The position numbers and the translations under genes were made by a program. The notes beneath the pieces are model-generated. The model was not told the origin of the DNA. It saw nothing but the letters and a program-made list of their open reading frames with translations, and searched no databases. A stretch of 64,000 nt of DNA from a virus (taxonomy: Duplodnaviria; Caudoviricetes), in the IMG/VR virus record IMGVR_UViG_2690316366_000001, positions 1 to 64,000 of that record; one strand, 5' to 3'. Shown here in pieces: positions 38,110-47,027 of this stretch. Each line of letters begins with the position of its first letter. The first letter of the stretch is position 1.

Positions 38110-38302
38110 ACGACATTTGCGATCGTACGCTTGGAAGACGGTGTCGGCTCATCCGTTGTACTTCTTCAAGGATTGGCGCGCATCGCGTTTGTTTGGACTG
38201 CGACTGCGGAAGCGCGATATGGCTGGAGTCTGTATCGCTAGTCATTCGAATGAACCCCAAAGCGAGGCACAGCACCTTCGGGCAACATATTGTTGGCGCG
38301 CC

Positions 38303-38330
38303 ATGTCCGAGTTTGGTCCTTAGCCGACAT
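38303..38330. repeat. Cassette-boundary repeat C (unit 1)
   Basis: ATGTCCGAGTT-TGGTCC-TTAGCCGACAT, similar to 37116-37143. Confidence 0.65.
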
Positions 38331-38376
38331 GACCAAGCAGGGTGGTGCGGACGTCGTTCGGCGGCGGAAGAGCGCG

Positions 38377-38847
38377 CTAACGGTTTGAGGCTGCCTTCAA
38401 GGCATCGCCGACGGCCTGGCGCAGCTGCCGATCGACGGTCTCGACATAGGTTGAATCCGTCGACTGGCCGGTAGCGCGGAACGTTCGCTGGATATCGCCC
38501 AGCTCTTCCTGCTCAGCGATCAGCTTGTCGACGGTTCGCTTCCCGCCGAACTCGGTCTGGTATTTGAGGAACGCCGATTTGCAAGCTTGCCTCACCGCCT
38601 GGTTCAGCGATGTGCGGTCGGTGCATTCCGCGAAGTAATTCAGCAGCGATCGCAGTTCGGGCTCGCTCATGCGAGCAATCTCGGTGCGAGCGGCGCGGAT
38701 CGTCTCCTCGGACGGCTGCGCGGCTTCAACCCGCGCGGCGGCGCCAAGACTGATCAGGATAATCGCGGCGAGGGTGTATCTCGAGGTTGAACCCGCGGCC
38801 GCCCTGGCGACGGCACCGCGAGCAGAACAGGCGCTGGCCAAGCTCAT
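38377..38847 (-). CDS. Probable exported protein (true start likely downstream of 38847)
   Basis: Hydrophobic LAAIILISLGAAA then a helical domain with two Cys; overlaps the Zn-ribbon ORF. Confidence 0.5.
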   Translation of the reverse strand: MSLASACSARGAVARAAAGSTSRYTLAAIILISLGAAARVEAAQPSEETIRAARTEIARMSEPELRSLLNYFAECTDRTSLNQAVRQACKSAFLKYQTEFGGKRTVDKLIAEQEELGDIQRTFRATGQSTDSTYVETVDRQLRQAVGDALKAASNR

Positions 38848-38983
38848 CGATTGTGGTCTCTGATGGGATCCGGAAGTGCTGGAGATCTTCGCACGTCCAG
38901 ACGACGGCGTGACCGCAGTCTGAACACAGGATTTGAAGGAAAGGCTCGGAAGTGACGGATTTTGCAGTGTTTTGACGCCGCAT
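38726..38983 (-). CDS. Small zinc-ribbon protein downstream of the repressor
   Basis: CSDCGH...CSRC. Confidence 0.6.
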   Translation of the reverse strand: MRRQNTAKSVTSEPFLQILCSDCGHAVVWTCEDLQHFRIPSETTIDELGQRLFCSRCRRQGGRGFNLEIHPRRDYPDQSWRRRAG

Positions 38984-39059
38984 CGCTCTCGCTCGTGACG
39001 ATGTATGACGGCATCATTGAATCTTTCCGAGCACGAGTCGAATCCACAAGATGTGGTGG

Positions 39060-39794
39060 TTAGTTGAACTCGACGCCTACAATGCGATGGATGCTTTCAA
39101 CCAGGTCCGCGGCAAAACGCATCTGCCTGGCAGGGTTCAACTGCTCAAGGACCAGTTCCTTCTTCGAGAACGACACGAACTTCTTCGCATAGCCATCGAA
39201 TTCGCCCTCAACTTCCGTACGGATCTGCACGACAACGAAATGTCCGCGCCGATACGGCAGCTTTGGATTGACGTACAGCTTGTAGCCATCCTCGATGGCA
39301 GGCGACATTGAATCTCCGCTCTGCTCCACGCAGTAAGCCTCGGCGACAGCCTCGAGGCTCGGCGGGCGGAGAATCTCCCCAACCTTTTCCCCGTTCAAAA
39401 CGAACTTCCCTTCGCGCCCCCCAGCGGCTCGCCCGTAGATTGGTAGAGGAGACCGTGGGTATTTTATTTCTGATTGTTCGCTCGTAACGTTTGCGGGCAC
39501 AGGGTTTTCGTCAAGACCTCCTAAGGTCGCGGAAACTTTATGGTTACCGCTAGTTGCGTCGCCATCGCGCAGCCACTGCACCGTCACGCCGAGCGCGTTG
39601 GCCAGTTGCGACATCGTCTGACCGCGGGGCTGTTCCACCGGCTTCTGCTTGGCTGAGATCTTCTCGTAGCTGTAGATGCGCTCACGCATCACGGCGATCG
39701 CATCGGCATCATCGCCCACGATCAATCGAGCAAGTTGCGGGACCGAATAGCCCTTCGCTCGGCGAGCCGATTTTAGCCTGTGGTTCCAGAGCAT
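39060..39794 (-). CDS. cI: CI-like repressor (XRE HTH plus S24 peptidase)
   Basis: RLKSARRAKGYS...LANALGVTVQWLRDG; GDSMSP; YAKK; divergent from the cro-like gene. Confidence 0.9.
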   Translation of the reverse strand: MLWNHRLKSARRAKGYSVPQLARLIVGDDADAIAVMRERIYSYEKISAKQKPVEQPRGQTMSQLANALGVTVQWLRDGDATSGNHKVSATLGGLDENPVPANVTSEQSEIKYPRSPLPIYGRAAGGREGKFVLNGEKVGEILRPPSLEAVAEAYCVEQSGDSMSPAIEDGYKLYVNPKLPYRRGHFVVVQIRTEVEGEFDGYAKKFVSFSKKELVLEQLNPARQMRFAADLVESIHRIVGVEFN

Positions 39795-39894
39795 TGGGGT
39801 GGCGTTCAAGCTAACTCTCTCAGCCGAAGGGATTCTTTCCCCGCCAGCATAGGAACTGGAATTATTTTCGGAATGGAATTCGGACGCCTTGTGT

Positions 39895-39911
39895 CCGGAA
39901 TTAAATTCCAG
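39895..39911. promoter_or_regulatory. OR-like operator
   Basis: CCGGAATTAAATTCCAG, one arm mismatch to the PL palindrome; weaker copies at 39856-39884. Confidence 0.75.
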
Positions 39912-39926
39912 TAAATTCCAGAAGCC

Positions 39927-40187
39927 ATGACAGATGCCTCCGCAGACACTCCGGCCGCCGATCGTCCCAAGACGGTTTCCGAAATCATCAAGTACGCCGG
40001 CGGCGCCGCGGAGCTCGCGAAGGCCTCCGATGGGGCCGTCACGATCGAGGCCGTCTACAAATGGCCCAAGATCGGCATTCCGGATCGACATTGGGGCGTG
40101 ATCCGCGGGCTTTGCAACGTCACCGCTGAGGAACTCTACGCCGCCAACGTCGCCGCGCGGACGCCCGCCGACGCCGCCAGTCGGTGA
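39927..40187 (+). CDS. cro: Cro-like HTH protein
   Basis: IIKYAGGAAELA...AVYKW...IPDRHW; divergent from cI. Confidence 0.8.
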   Translation: MTDASADTPAADRPKTVSEIIKYAGGAAELAKASDGAVTIEAVYKWPKIGIPDRHWGVIRGLCNVTAEELYAANVAARTPADAASR

Positions 40188-40195
40188 GGGCGCCA

Positions 40196-40537
40196 TCATG
40201 ACACCCCGCCGATCACAGTCTTCAGCGTCGCGGCCATTCTCGACAACCTCGTTGCCTGGTCGATCAGTTCGGGTGTCCGGATCGCCCAGTGAGTTTCGGT
40301 CCTTCCCGAAGCGTGCAGCAACAATCGCTCCGATAGGCGGTCGAGCATGACCGCGGCACAGCTCCGGTGCACGAGCCCGGCATCGATCAGCATCTGCAGC
40401 ATCGCATCGAAGCATTCTTCCGCAATCAGCATTCGTGTTCCGGCCAGGGCGGCGCGCGCCCAGTCGTCATCTTTGTCAGGCGTCGGCAGCGCTGCCACGC
40501 TCAAATTTTGTTTGTGAAAGAAGGGAGCATTCATCAT
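40196..40537 (-). CDS. Possible hypothetical gene antisense to the PR operon
   Basis: Fills the gap between cro and the next gene; helical composition. Confidence 0.35.
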   Translation of the reverse strand: MMNAPFFHKQNLSVAALPTPDKDDDWARAALAGTRMLIAEECFDAMLQMLIDAGLVHRSCAAVMLDRLSERLLLHASGRTETHWAIRTPELIDQATRLSRMAATLKTVIGGVS

Positions 40538-40985
40538 GGGAACAGCATCGCTTGCCGCTTCGATCAATGCAAACACCCACGCTGCACGTTCGGACAGTTC
40601 GAAATGCACAAACGTGCGGTCGATGAAAATGACCGCCGAAATCATTCGTATTTCGCAGAACGGCGCCAATCGCGGCAGTATGCGGAAGCTGCTCGCCGAG
40701 CTCGCGCACTGCTCGCTACGGACCATCGACAACTGGATCTCGAAGGATCGCTCGATCCAGTTCGAGCAGTTCTTCAATTTGCTGGACCGGACTGAGAGCG
40801 CTGAGGGCACCGCATACTTCGAAGCGATGTGGGAGCAGGTGCCGCAGCGTGTCCGCGATCGATTTTTCGAAGCCGAGGCGCTGCGCCGCACTCTCGCGGA
40901 TCGCCAGCGCCAGCGTGAGATCGAGGATCGTGACGCCCAGGCGCGTTTGCGCCAACTCAACATGGACCTCAACGCCTCGAAGTGA
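40536..40985 (+). CDS. CII-position HTH regulator
   Basis: LAELAHCSLRTIDNWISKDRSI HTH. Confidence 0.65.
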   Translation: MGTASLAASINANTHAARSDSSKCTNVRSMKMTAEIIRISQNGANRGSMRKLLAELAHCSLRTIDNWISKDRSIQFEQFFNLLDRTESAEGTAYFEAMWEQVPQRVRDRFFEAEALRRTLADRQRQREIEDRDAQARLRQLNMDLNASK

Positions 40986-41230
40986 CGGTACGGGCCGCGC
41001 GGGACCGCGGCACCATCTCAAGCTTGGAATTCTTCGTGACCAACCTTCTATCCATCACGGCCGTCGCTATAGCTCGCGCGTGCATCAAGCTCTCCGACTT
41101 CCATCGCGTCCGTCGGGACGTTTGGATCGACCACGCCGAGTTCTGGTCTGACTTCAACAGGTGGCTGCGCCTCGGTGGAGCCAAGCCGTTCACCGATATC
41201 CGCGCTGACCGGAAGGCAAGGAACTCATGA
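40982..41230 (+). CDS. Hypothetical protein
   Basis: GTGA/ATGA coupling. Confidence 0.5.
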   Translation: MTVRAARDRGTISSLEFFVTNLLSITAVAIARACIKLSDFHRVRRDVWIDHAEFWSDFNRWLRLGGAKPFTDIRADRKARNS

Positions 41231-41838
41231 TCGGACGTGTTTACTTCGTGGAGTCCAACGGCCGCATCAAGATCGGGTATTCACGGAATGTCGAGGGGCG
41301 CGTCCGCGAGATGCAGGTGGGTTCTTCCGCCCGCCTGAACCTCCTGTGTGACGTATCCGGCAGTCGGTCGTTCGAGCGCGCTATCCATCTCGCGCTAGCA
41401 GCGCACAGGAAGAAGGGAGAGTGGTTCGACGATTGCAAGGAGGTTCGCGACACAATTGCGAACATCCAGCGGTCTGGTTACGCAGCAATCGGGTTTACCG
41501 ACGAGCCGGATGTCAACGAGACCTCACTGAGTCCGGCGAAGAAGGTCACTCGCGCCATCGTCAGGCAGGCTAAGGTATTCAGAACGAGAAAGGAGTTCGC
41601 TGACGCGGTTGGCTGTGCAAAGAGCACGGTAGACAATTGGAAGTCCGGGAAGCGCTCGATCGATATCGATGCCGTCATGCGGTTATTCGATACCGAGCAC
41701 GATGTCGAGTTTTTCGAGGCGCTCTGGAATTGCTTGCCTGAGCGGGTACGCGAGCGGTGGCTAGCTCGGCACCGTGCCAATCCAGTTTACGACGGCATCT
41801 ATGTCCGCCGCACCGAGCTTCAGGTGCCAGCGCGATGA
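41227..41838 (+). CDS. T5orf172/GIY-YIG-like nuclease fused to HTH
   Basis: VYFV...IKIGYS...R...ERAIH...GEWF; C-terminal HTH. Confidence 0.82.
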   Translation: MIGRVYFVESNGRIKIGYSRNVEGRVREMQVGSSARLNLLCDVSGSRSFERAIHLALAAHRKKGEWFDDCKEVRDTIANIQRSGYAAIGFTDEPDVNETSLSPAKKVTRAIVRQAKVFRTRKEFADAVGCAKSTVDNWKSGKRSIDIDAVMRLFDTEHDVEFFEALWNCLPERVRERWLARHRANPVYDGIYVRRTELQVPAR

Positions 41839-42431
41839 CCGTACCTCCCACCTGGTCTGAAGATCGCGTTGAACGGCTCAAGAACCTTTGGGCGTCCGGC
41901 ATGTCATGCTCGCAGATCGCTGCCGAGCTCGGCAATGTCACCCGCAATGCAGTGATCGGAAAGGTCCATCGCCTTGGACTGCCTGGCAGGGCAGACGACC
42001 GAAGGGCGAAGGCCATCGAGGCGAAGCGCGCACCGCGATTGGGTTCGCCGATGCCCAAGCGCACTAAGGTTTTGCGGGCTGTTCTTTCCAATCCGAGCTC
42101 CGCGGAGGCGAAGCAGCCCGTGGAGGACCCCACCGCGGGCTACGCGAGCGCATTCGACGCCAGCGTTGCAGTGGAGCGCCGCAAGGGGCTGCTCGACCTT
42201 CGCGACGGCGATTGCAAATGGCCGATCGGCGATCCCACGACGCCTGACTTCTTCTTTTGCGGTGATGCGGCTGTGTCGGAACTGCCGTACTGCGGTCCCC
42301 ATTGTCGCGCGGCCTATCAGAGCGCTGGTCAGCGCGAGATCCGCATCACGTCCGAGGAGCGCGCCCGGCGTGTCGCATTGGGACAGCGTATGGCCGCGAT
42401 GAACCGCGCGAAGAGGGCGGCAGCATCATGA
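41835..42431 (+). CDS. gcrA: GcrA cell-cycle regulator homologue
   Basis: WSEDRVERLKNLWASGMSCSQIAAELGNVTRNAVIGKVHRLGL; LLDL...CKWPIGDP...FFFCG...PYCGPH. Confidence 0.93.
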   Translation: MTVPPTWSEDRVERLKNLWASGMSCSQIAAELGNVTRNAVIGKVHRLGLPGRADDRRAKAIEAKRAPRLGSPMPKRTKVLRAVLSNPSSAEAKQPVEDPTAGYASAFDASVAVERRKGLLDLRDGDCKWPIGDPTTPDFFFCGDAAVSELPYCGPHCRAAYQSAGQREIRITSEERARRVALGQRMAAMNRAKRAAAS

Positions 42432-42667
42432 AGCCAGCTGCCTCGACAATCATGAAAGACTACGCCCGCAAGGAATGCGTCGTGTCCTTGATGACGGTCG
42501 AGCATGCCGGCGGCAAAGACGTCGCCGCCATGGTGGTTGATGCACACCTTCAGGCCATCGCGGCCTATCTCATTAGGTCGATCGGCCGTCAGAAGGCCTA
42601 CAACGTCTTTGCCCGTTACGCCGATGAGGTGATCAAGCCGACCCTGCCGGCTGGAGGCTCAGAATGA
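42428..42667 (+). CDS. Hypothetical protein
   Basis: ATGA coupling at both ends. Confidence 0.6.
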   Translation: MKPAASTIMKDYARKECVVSLMTVEHAGGKDVAAMVVDAHLQAIAAYLIRSIGRQKAYNVFARYADEVIKPTLPAGGSE

Positions 42668-43020
42668 TTGGGCTGACCAGCGTCCAGGCGCGGTGCGTCG
42701 AATTTGTGCGGCACCGGATCGATGCCTGCGGAGCCTCGCCCTCCTACCGTGAAATTGCAGACCATCTTGGCATTCGAGGCCGGGGCACGATCTCGCACTT
42801 GATCGACAGCATCGTGGAGCGCGGCGCGCTGCTACGGGAGCCCGGGAAGGCCCGCACGCTGAGCATCCCGGAACCGGGCATCGGTGATGGCTTCGTTGTC
42901 CGCCCGGTGCCGGAGGTTCGACGGGCAATCCGAGCCTACGCCAAAGAACATCGGATCTCGGAGCGCACGGCGGCCGAGGAAGCGTTGCGCGCATACTTCA
43001 TGGAGCCGACTGCACCATGA
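42664..43020 (+). CDS. LexA-type DNA-binding domain protein (no peptidase domain)
   Basis: LTSVQ...SPSYREIADHLG...RGALLREPGKART. Confidence 0.8.
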   Translation: MIGLTSVQARCVEFVRHRIDACGASPSYREIADHLGIRGRGTISHLIDSIVERGALLREPGKARTLSIPEPGIGDGFVVRPVPEVRRAIRAYAKEHRISERTAAEEALRAYFMEPTAP

Positions 43021-43640
43021 AGGACTTCTTCTTCGACCCGCTGCCGATGTTTGGCTTCGATATCTGCATCGTCGATCCGCCGACGGAATTCGAACTCTAT
43101 TCCTCAAAGGGGAACAAGAAGTCGGCGTCCGCTCAGTACGACATCTTGTCGTGGGACGAGCTTGGACAATTGCCGGTTGGTCACCTGGTTCGAAGCAATG
43201 GTGTCGTCGGTCTTTGGGCTTGTCCGCCGACCCTCGACAAGTCGATGTGGCTGCTGAAGCGCTGGGGCGCGCTCTACAAGACCGAGTTGGTTTGGCCGAA
43301 GGGGCGTGTCGGTACCGGGTACCGCGCCCGCGGGATGCACGAGTCCGTGTTGGTCGGGGTCTTCGGAAACGGAGAGCAGATCCATGATCCATTCTGGGGT
43401 GTGATCAAGGGCAAGGCTCGCGGCCATAGCCAGAAGCCTCGCGAATTCTACGAAATGATACGCGAGCGCACGCCTGGACTGGCGCGCTGCGACCTTTTCT
43501 CGCGCGAGACGCATGAGGGGTTTGTCCCCTGGGGCAACGAGGTCGGCAAATACGACGACGGCCGCCGGCCTGAGCGCCGGCAGAAGGAAAAGATAATCGC
43601 CCCGACGCCGCTGTTCGACTTGCTCGAGGTCGCGGCATGA
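43017..43640 (+). CDS. MT-A70 family adenine methyltransferase
   Basis: IVDPPT, QY, LPV, LW, HSQKP, DLFSR, WGNE. Confidence 0.85.
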   Translation: MKDFFFDPLPMFGFDICIVDPPTEFELYSSKGNKKSASAQYDILSWDELGQLPVGHLVRSNGVVGLWACPPTLDKSMWLLKRWGALYKTELVWPKGRVGTGYRARGMHESVLVGVFGNGEQIHDPFWGVIKGKARGHSQKPREFYEMIRERTPGLARCDLFSRETHEGFVPWGNEVGKYDDGRRPERRQKEKIIAPTPLFDLLEVAA

Positions 43641-44518
43641 GGGCGCGCACTATCGACCACGACCAGGTGAGGGCGCTGCACGCGGAGAACCTGACCGTTC
43701 CGCAGATCAAGGCACGCGTCGGCGGATCGCCAGCCTATCTCCGCCTCATCATCAAGGGGAAGGTCGGCATCAAACCGACGAACATTTCGCGGCAGTCCGC
43801 ACTGTCGCTGGCCGGTCGACCCGCGAAGATCCCGGCGTTTGACACTTCCGCGATCGTGGAGGGGCGGACGGTCTATCGTTCGACCGTGGTCGACCCGGGG
43901 TCATACGGTTTTGACGTCCTCAAGAGCGGCTTCAATAGCTCGAAGATCGGCAAGGCCGTCACCAAGGGCCGCTGGAAAGGCTTCCCGATCTACACCCTGA
44001 CGCTCGAGGAGCGCGCGACGTGCCCGCTATCCTGCCGGCATTGGCGTTCCTGCTACGGCAATTCAATGCAGCACGCGCACCGGCTCGCCCGCGGCGCCGC
44101 GCTGGAAGCCCGGCTGGAGCAGGAGGTCCGAGCGCTCGGCCGCAGGCATCGTCGCGGTTTCGTGGTGCGGCTTCACGTCCTGGGCGACTTCTATTCGGTT
44201 GCGTATGTCGCGCTTTGGCAGCGTCTCCTCGCCGAAGTGCCGCAGTTGCACGTCTTCGGTTTCTCTGCGCGCTGGGACGCCGAGCGCGATCCTATCGCCG
44301 CGGCGCTCGTACGCCTGGTGTTGGCGAAATGGAATCGCTTTGCCATCCGTTTCTCCGACGCCCCGATCGACGAATGCTCGACCGTATCGGTTGAGACGCC
44401 GCTGCAGGCACCAGCGGAAGCGATCGTGTGCCCTCAGCAGCTCGGCCGGACCGTGGCTTGCGCGACTTGCGGCCTCTGCTGGCAATCGAAAAGGCCCGTC
44501 GCCTTCATCACCCACTGA
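43637..44518 (+). CDS. Gp88-like / radical-SAM-related Cys protein
   Basis: TCPLSCRHWRSCY, RLHVLGDFYS, CP...CATCGLCW. Confidence 0.7.
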   Translation: MRARTIDHDQVRALHAENLTVPQIKARVGGSPAYLRLIIKGKVGIKPTNISRQSALSLAGRPAKIPAFDTSAIVEGRTVYRSTVVDPGSYGFDVLKSGFNSSKIGKAVTKGRWKGFPIYTLTLEERATCPLSCRHWRSCYGNSMQHAHRLARGAALEARLEQEVRALGRRHRRGFVVRLHVLGDFYSVAYVALWQRLLAEVPQLHVFGFSARWDAERDPIAAALVRLVLAKWNRFAIRFSDAPIDECSTVSVETPLQAPAEAIVCPQQLGRTVACATCGLCWQSKRPVAFITH

Positions 44519-44535
44519 CAACAAGAGGAACCCCA

Positions 44536-45096
44536 ATGTCGAAGCCCAACGAACCTGCCCAAGCCGCCCTCGATTCCGCGAACCTTTCACGTATTCGCAA
44601 CGCGCAGGCAGAAGCTGCCGCGCAGAACGAGGTCAATAACACCGCGAAGAATAAGTTGCGCGGGACATACGCCCAGACCCAGGCGCAAGGCCTGCATAAC
44701 GAAGCTGCCAAGCTGGCGCTGGATCTCGTCGAGGGCGGTGACGAAGCCATCGACGAGTTTTGCGAGAAGGTCCGGAAGGCAGGCGTCTACGTCGGGTATC
44801 TCGGCAAGGTGCTTAGCCCGAGACAGTTCGAACTGTTCGGCATGGCCGGCGTCGGCCCGACGCCCGAGGACGAGAGGGCAAAGCTCGAGGGCCGCGCCGC
44901 CGGCTTCCGTCTCGATAGCGAGCCCGGCTCGAAAGAAACCGACAACCCATACGAAATCGGCTCGCTCAAGGGACAGGCGTGGCTTTCCGCATTCCGCGAT
45001 GCGCGCTCGGAGCGAGATCACGTCCTGTCGATGCCGGCGCCTGCGACCGAAGGCGAGAAGGGTGGAGCCAGCGATGCCGAAGAGGGCAAGGCCTGA
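44536..45096 (+). CDS. Hypothetical phage protein
   Basis: GAGGA RBS; EGRAAG...NPYEIGS...AWL motif. Confidence 0.65.
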   Translation: MSKPNEPAQAALDSANLSRIRNAQAEAAAQNEVNNTAKNKLRGTYAQTQAQGLHNEAAKLALDLVEGGDEAIDEFCEKVRKAGVYVGYLGKVLSPRQFELFGMAGVGPTPEDERAKLEGRAAGFRLDSEPGSKETDNPYEIGSLKGQAWLSAFRDARSERDHVLSMPAPATEGEKGGASDAEEGKA

Positions 45097-45148
45097 TTGA
45101 GGCGACCGGCAGCAATTCCGCAGCCGGTAAACGTCAAGGAGAGAGACC

Positions 45149-45337
45149 ATGAAGAGTAAGCCGTTCCTGTACGAGCTCAAATCGACCGTGAAGATGGTCG
45201 AGAGCAACGAGCAGGGCACTGTGATCGGCCGTGCCGAATATCTCAGCCATGCCAACAGCTATCTCGTCCGGTACCGGTCTGGCGACAACCGGCAGACCGA
45301 AGCGTGGTTCGACGAGTCCGCGATCGAGGCGGCGTGA
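45149..45337 (+). CDS. Small hypothetical protein
   Basis: AAGGAG RBS; SH3-like composition. Confidence 0.65.
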   Translation: MKSKPFLYELKSTVKMVESNEQGTVIGRAEYLSHANSYLVRYRSGDNRQTEAWFDESAIEAA

Positions 45338-45342
45338 CCACA

Positions 45343-45915
45343 ATGAAGATCCTGGGCTTAGATATCGCGACGACAACGGGCATCACGCTGCTCGACGGCG
45401 ATCGCTATGTCTTTGCCCGGGCATTCCATTGGGACGGCAAGAATTCAGGGCAGGTGTTCCGGCATTTCCGGAAGACGCTATACCAGATCATCCAGGACAA
45501 CGCGGTCAAGTACGTGGCTGCGGAGGAACCGCTTCGTACCGATATCGAGCTCAAGGGCAAGCCGACCGAGGAAAACCCGGAGCCGGAGCCAACCCGGCCT
45601 CCGATGAAGACGTTCCAGCGGATCTACGGTCTGTGCGCGATCGCCGAGGAAACCTGCGCCGCCCATGACGTCCCGTTCATTTACGTCAATCAAGGCACTT
45701 GGCGGAAGGCCTTCACCGGCAGCGGCCGCGCGACCAAAGACACGTCCCTCGGATTCGCGCAACTGATCGACAAAACCATCACCTCATACGACGCCGCCGA
45801 GAGCCTCGGCGTGGCCTGGTGGCTGCGCGGCCACCTCGATCCGCACTTCGCAGCGCCGCGCGGCGACCTCTTCGAACCGACACTCACCCCATCTCGAAAG
45901 GAGACCCCGTTTTGA
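45343..45915 (+). CDS. RuvC-like resolvase
   Basis: ILGLDIATTTG, AAEE, WRKAFTGSGRATK, DAAESLG. Confidence 0.8.
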   Translation: MKILGLDIATTTGITLLDGDRYVFARAFHWDGKNSGQVFRHFRKTLYQIIQDNAVKYVAAEEPLRTDIELKGKPTEENPEPEPTRPPMKTFQRIYGLCAIAEETCAAHDVPFIYVNQGTWRKAFTGSGRATKDTSLGFAQLIDKTITSYDAAESLGVAWWLRGHLDPHFAAPRGDLFEPTLTPSRKETPF

Positions 45916-47024
45916 AAGCCGTCATGGAACAAGCCGCGCTCGCAAAGCTGCTCGGCCGCGTCGCGCGCGCCGTGGAGCAGCGCAACACCATTCCAATCTT
46001 GAGCAACGTCCTGATCGATATCAGTCAGGATAAGTTGAGCGTCAAGGCCACCGACCTTGACCTCGAGGTCATCGACTCGATCAGCGCCGAGGTGGCCGAG
46101 AAAGGCAGCACGACGGTGCCGGCCAGGCTCTTCCATGACATCGTCCGGAAGATGCCCGCCGGCTCGCAGGTGGTGCTGGAGCAGACCGGGGACTCTACTG
46201 CAATCGTCAAGTCGGGCCGCTCTCGGTTCACGCTCCAGACCTTGCCGGTGAGCGATTATCCGAACCTCTCGGCCGATGACCTCAATGTCAGTTTCACCGT
46301 CGCCGGGAAGGATCTGCGGCGGCTGGTCGATCGGGCGGCGTTCGCGATCTCGACGGAAGAGACCCGCTACTACCTCAACGGCATCTATCTGCATGCCGTG
46401 AAACAGGGGAATGTCGCGACCCTGCGAGCGGTCGCCACCGACGGGCATCGCCTCGCCCAGGTCGAGTATCCCTTGCCGGAGGGCGCAGAGGACCTAAAGG
46501 GGATCATCGTGCCCCGGAAAACGGTCGGCGAAATCACGCGTCTCTTTGACGCTGGCGAGAACGAAATCCTCGTCGAGGCCTCCAGCAGCAAGATCCGATT
46601 CTCGGGCAGCGACCTAGTGCTGACATCGAAGCTGATCGACGGCACTTTCCCGGACTACGGTCGTGTGATCCCGGTCAACAACGACAAAAAGATCGCGGTC
46701 GTCTGCAAGGACATGCTCGCCGCCACGGATCGCGTTGCCACGATCTCCAGTGAGAGAGGCCGCGCCGTGAAGATGACCCTTGGTGCCGGCAAGATAACCC
46801 TTAGCTGTCAAAACCCGGACGCTGGCACGGCCACCGACGAGTTGGAGGCCGAGTACGCTGGGGACGGAATGGATATCGGTTTCAACAGCCGGTACCTGCA
46901 CGACATTTTCACGCAGATCCAGGGCGATACCGTGAAGCTGGATCTCGGCGACCCGGGTTCGCCGGCGCTGCTGCGCGGCACCGACGAGTCGATCCTCTAC
47001 GTCCTCATGCCGATGAGGGTGTAG
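45912..47024 (+). CDS. dnaN: DNA polymerase III beta clamp (phage-borne)
   Basis: RNTIPILSNV, ATDLD, EETRYYLNG, ATDGHRLA, LIDGTFPDY, GFNSRY, VLMPMRV; TTG start. Confidence 0.95.
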   Translation: MKAVMEQAALAKLLGRVARAVEQRNTIPILSNVLIDISQDKLSVKATDLDLEVIDSISAEVAEKGSTTVPARLFHDIVRKMPAGSQVVLEQTGDSTAIVKSGRSRFTLQTLPVSDYPNLSADDLNVSFTVAGKDLRRLVDRAAFAISTEETRYYLNGIYLHAVKQGNVATLRAVATDGHRLAQVEYPLPEGAEDLKGIIVPRKTVGEITRLFDAGENEILVEASSSKIRFSGSDLVLTSKLIDGTFPDYGRVIPVNNDKKIAVVCKDMLAATDRVATISSERGRAVKMTLGAGKITLSCQNPDAGTATDELEAEYAGDGMDIGFNSRYLHDIFTQIQGDTVKLDLGDPGSPALLRGTDESILYVLMPMRV

Positions 47025-47027
47025 CCG

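Noticed and set aside
45912-47024. Host chromosomal dnaA-dnaN origin region
   Set aside because: dnaN is embedded in a phage operon without recF/gyrB, and the DnaA-like gene has only domain IV.
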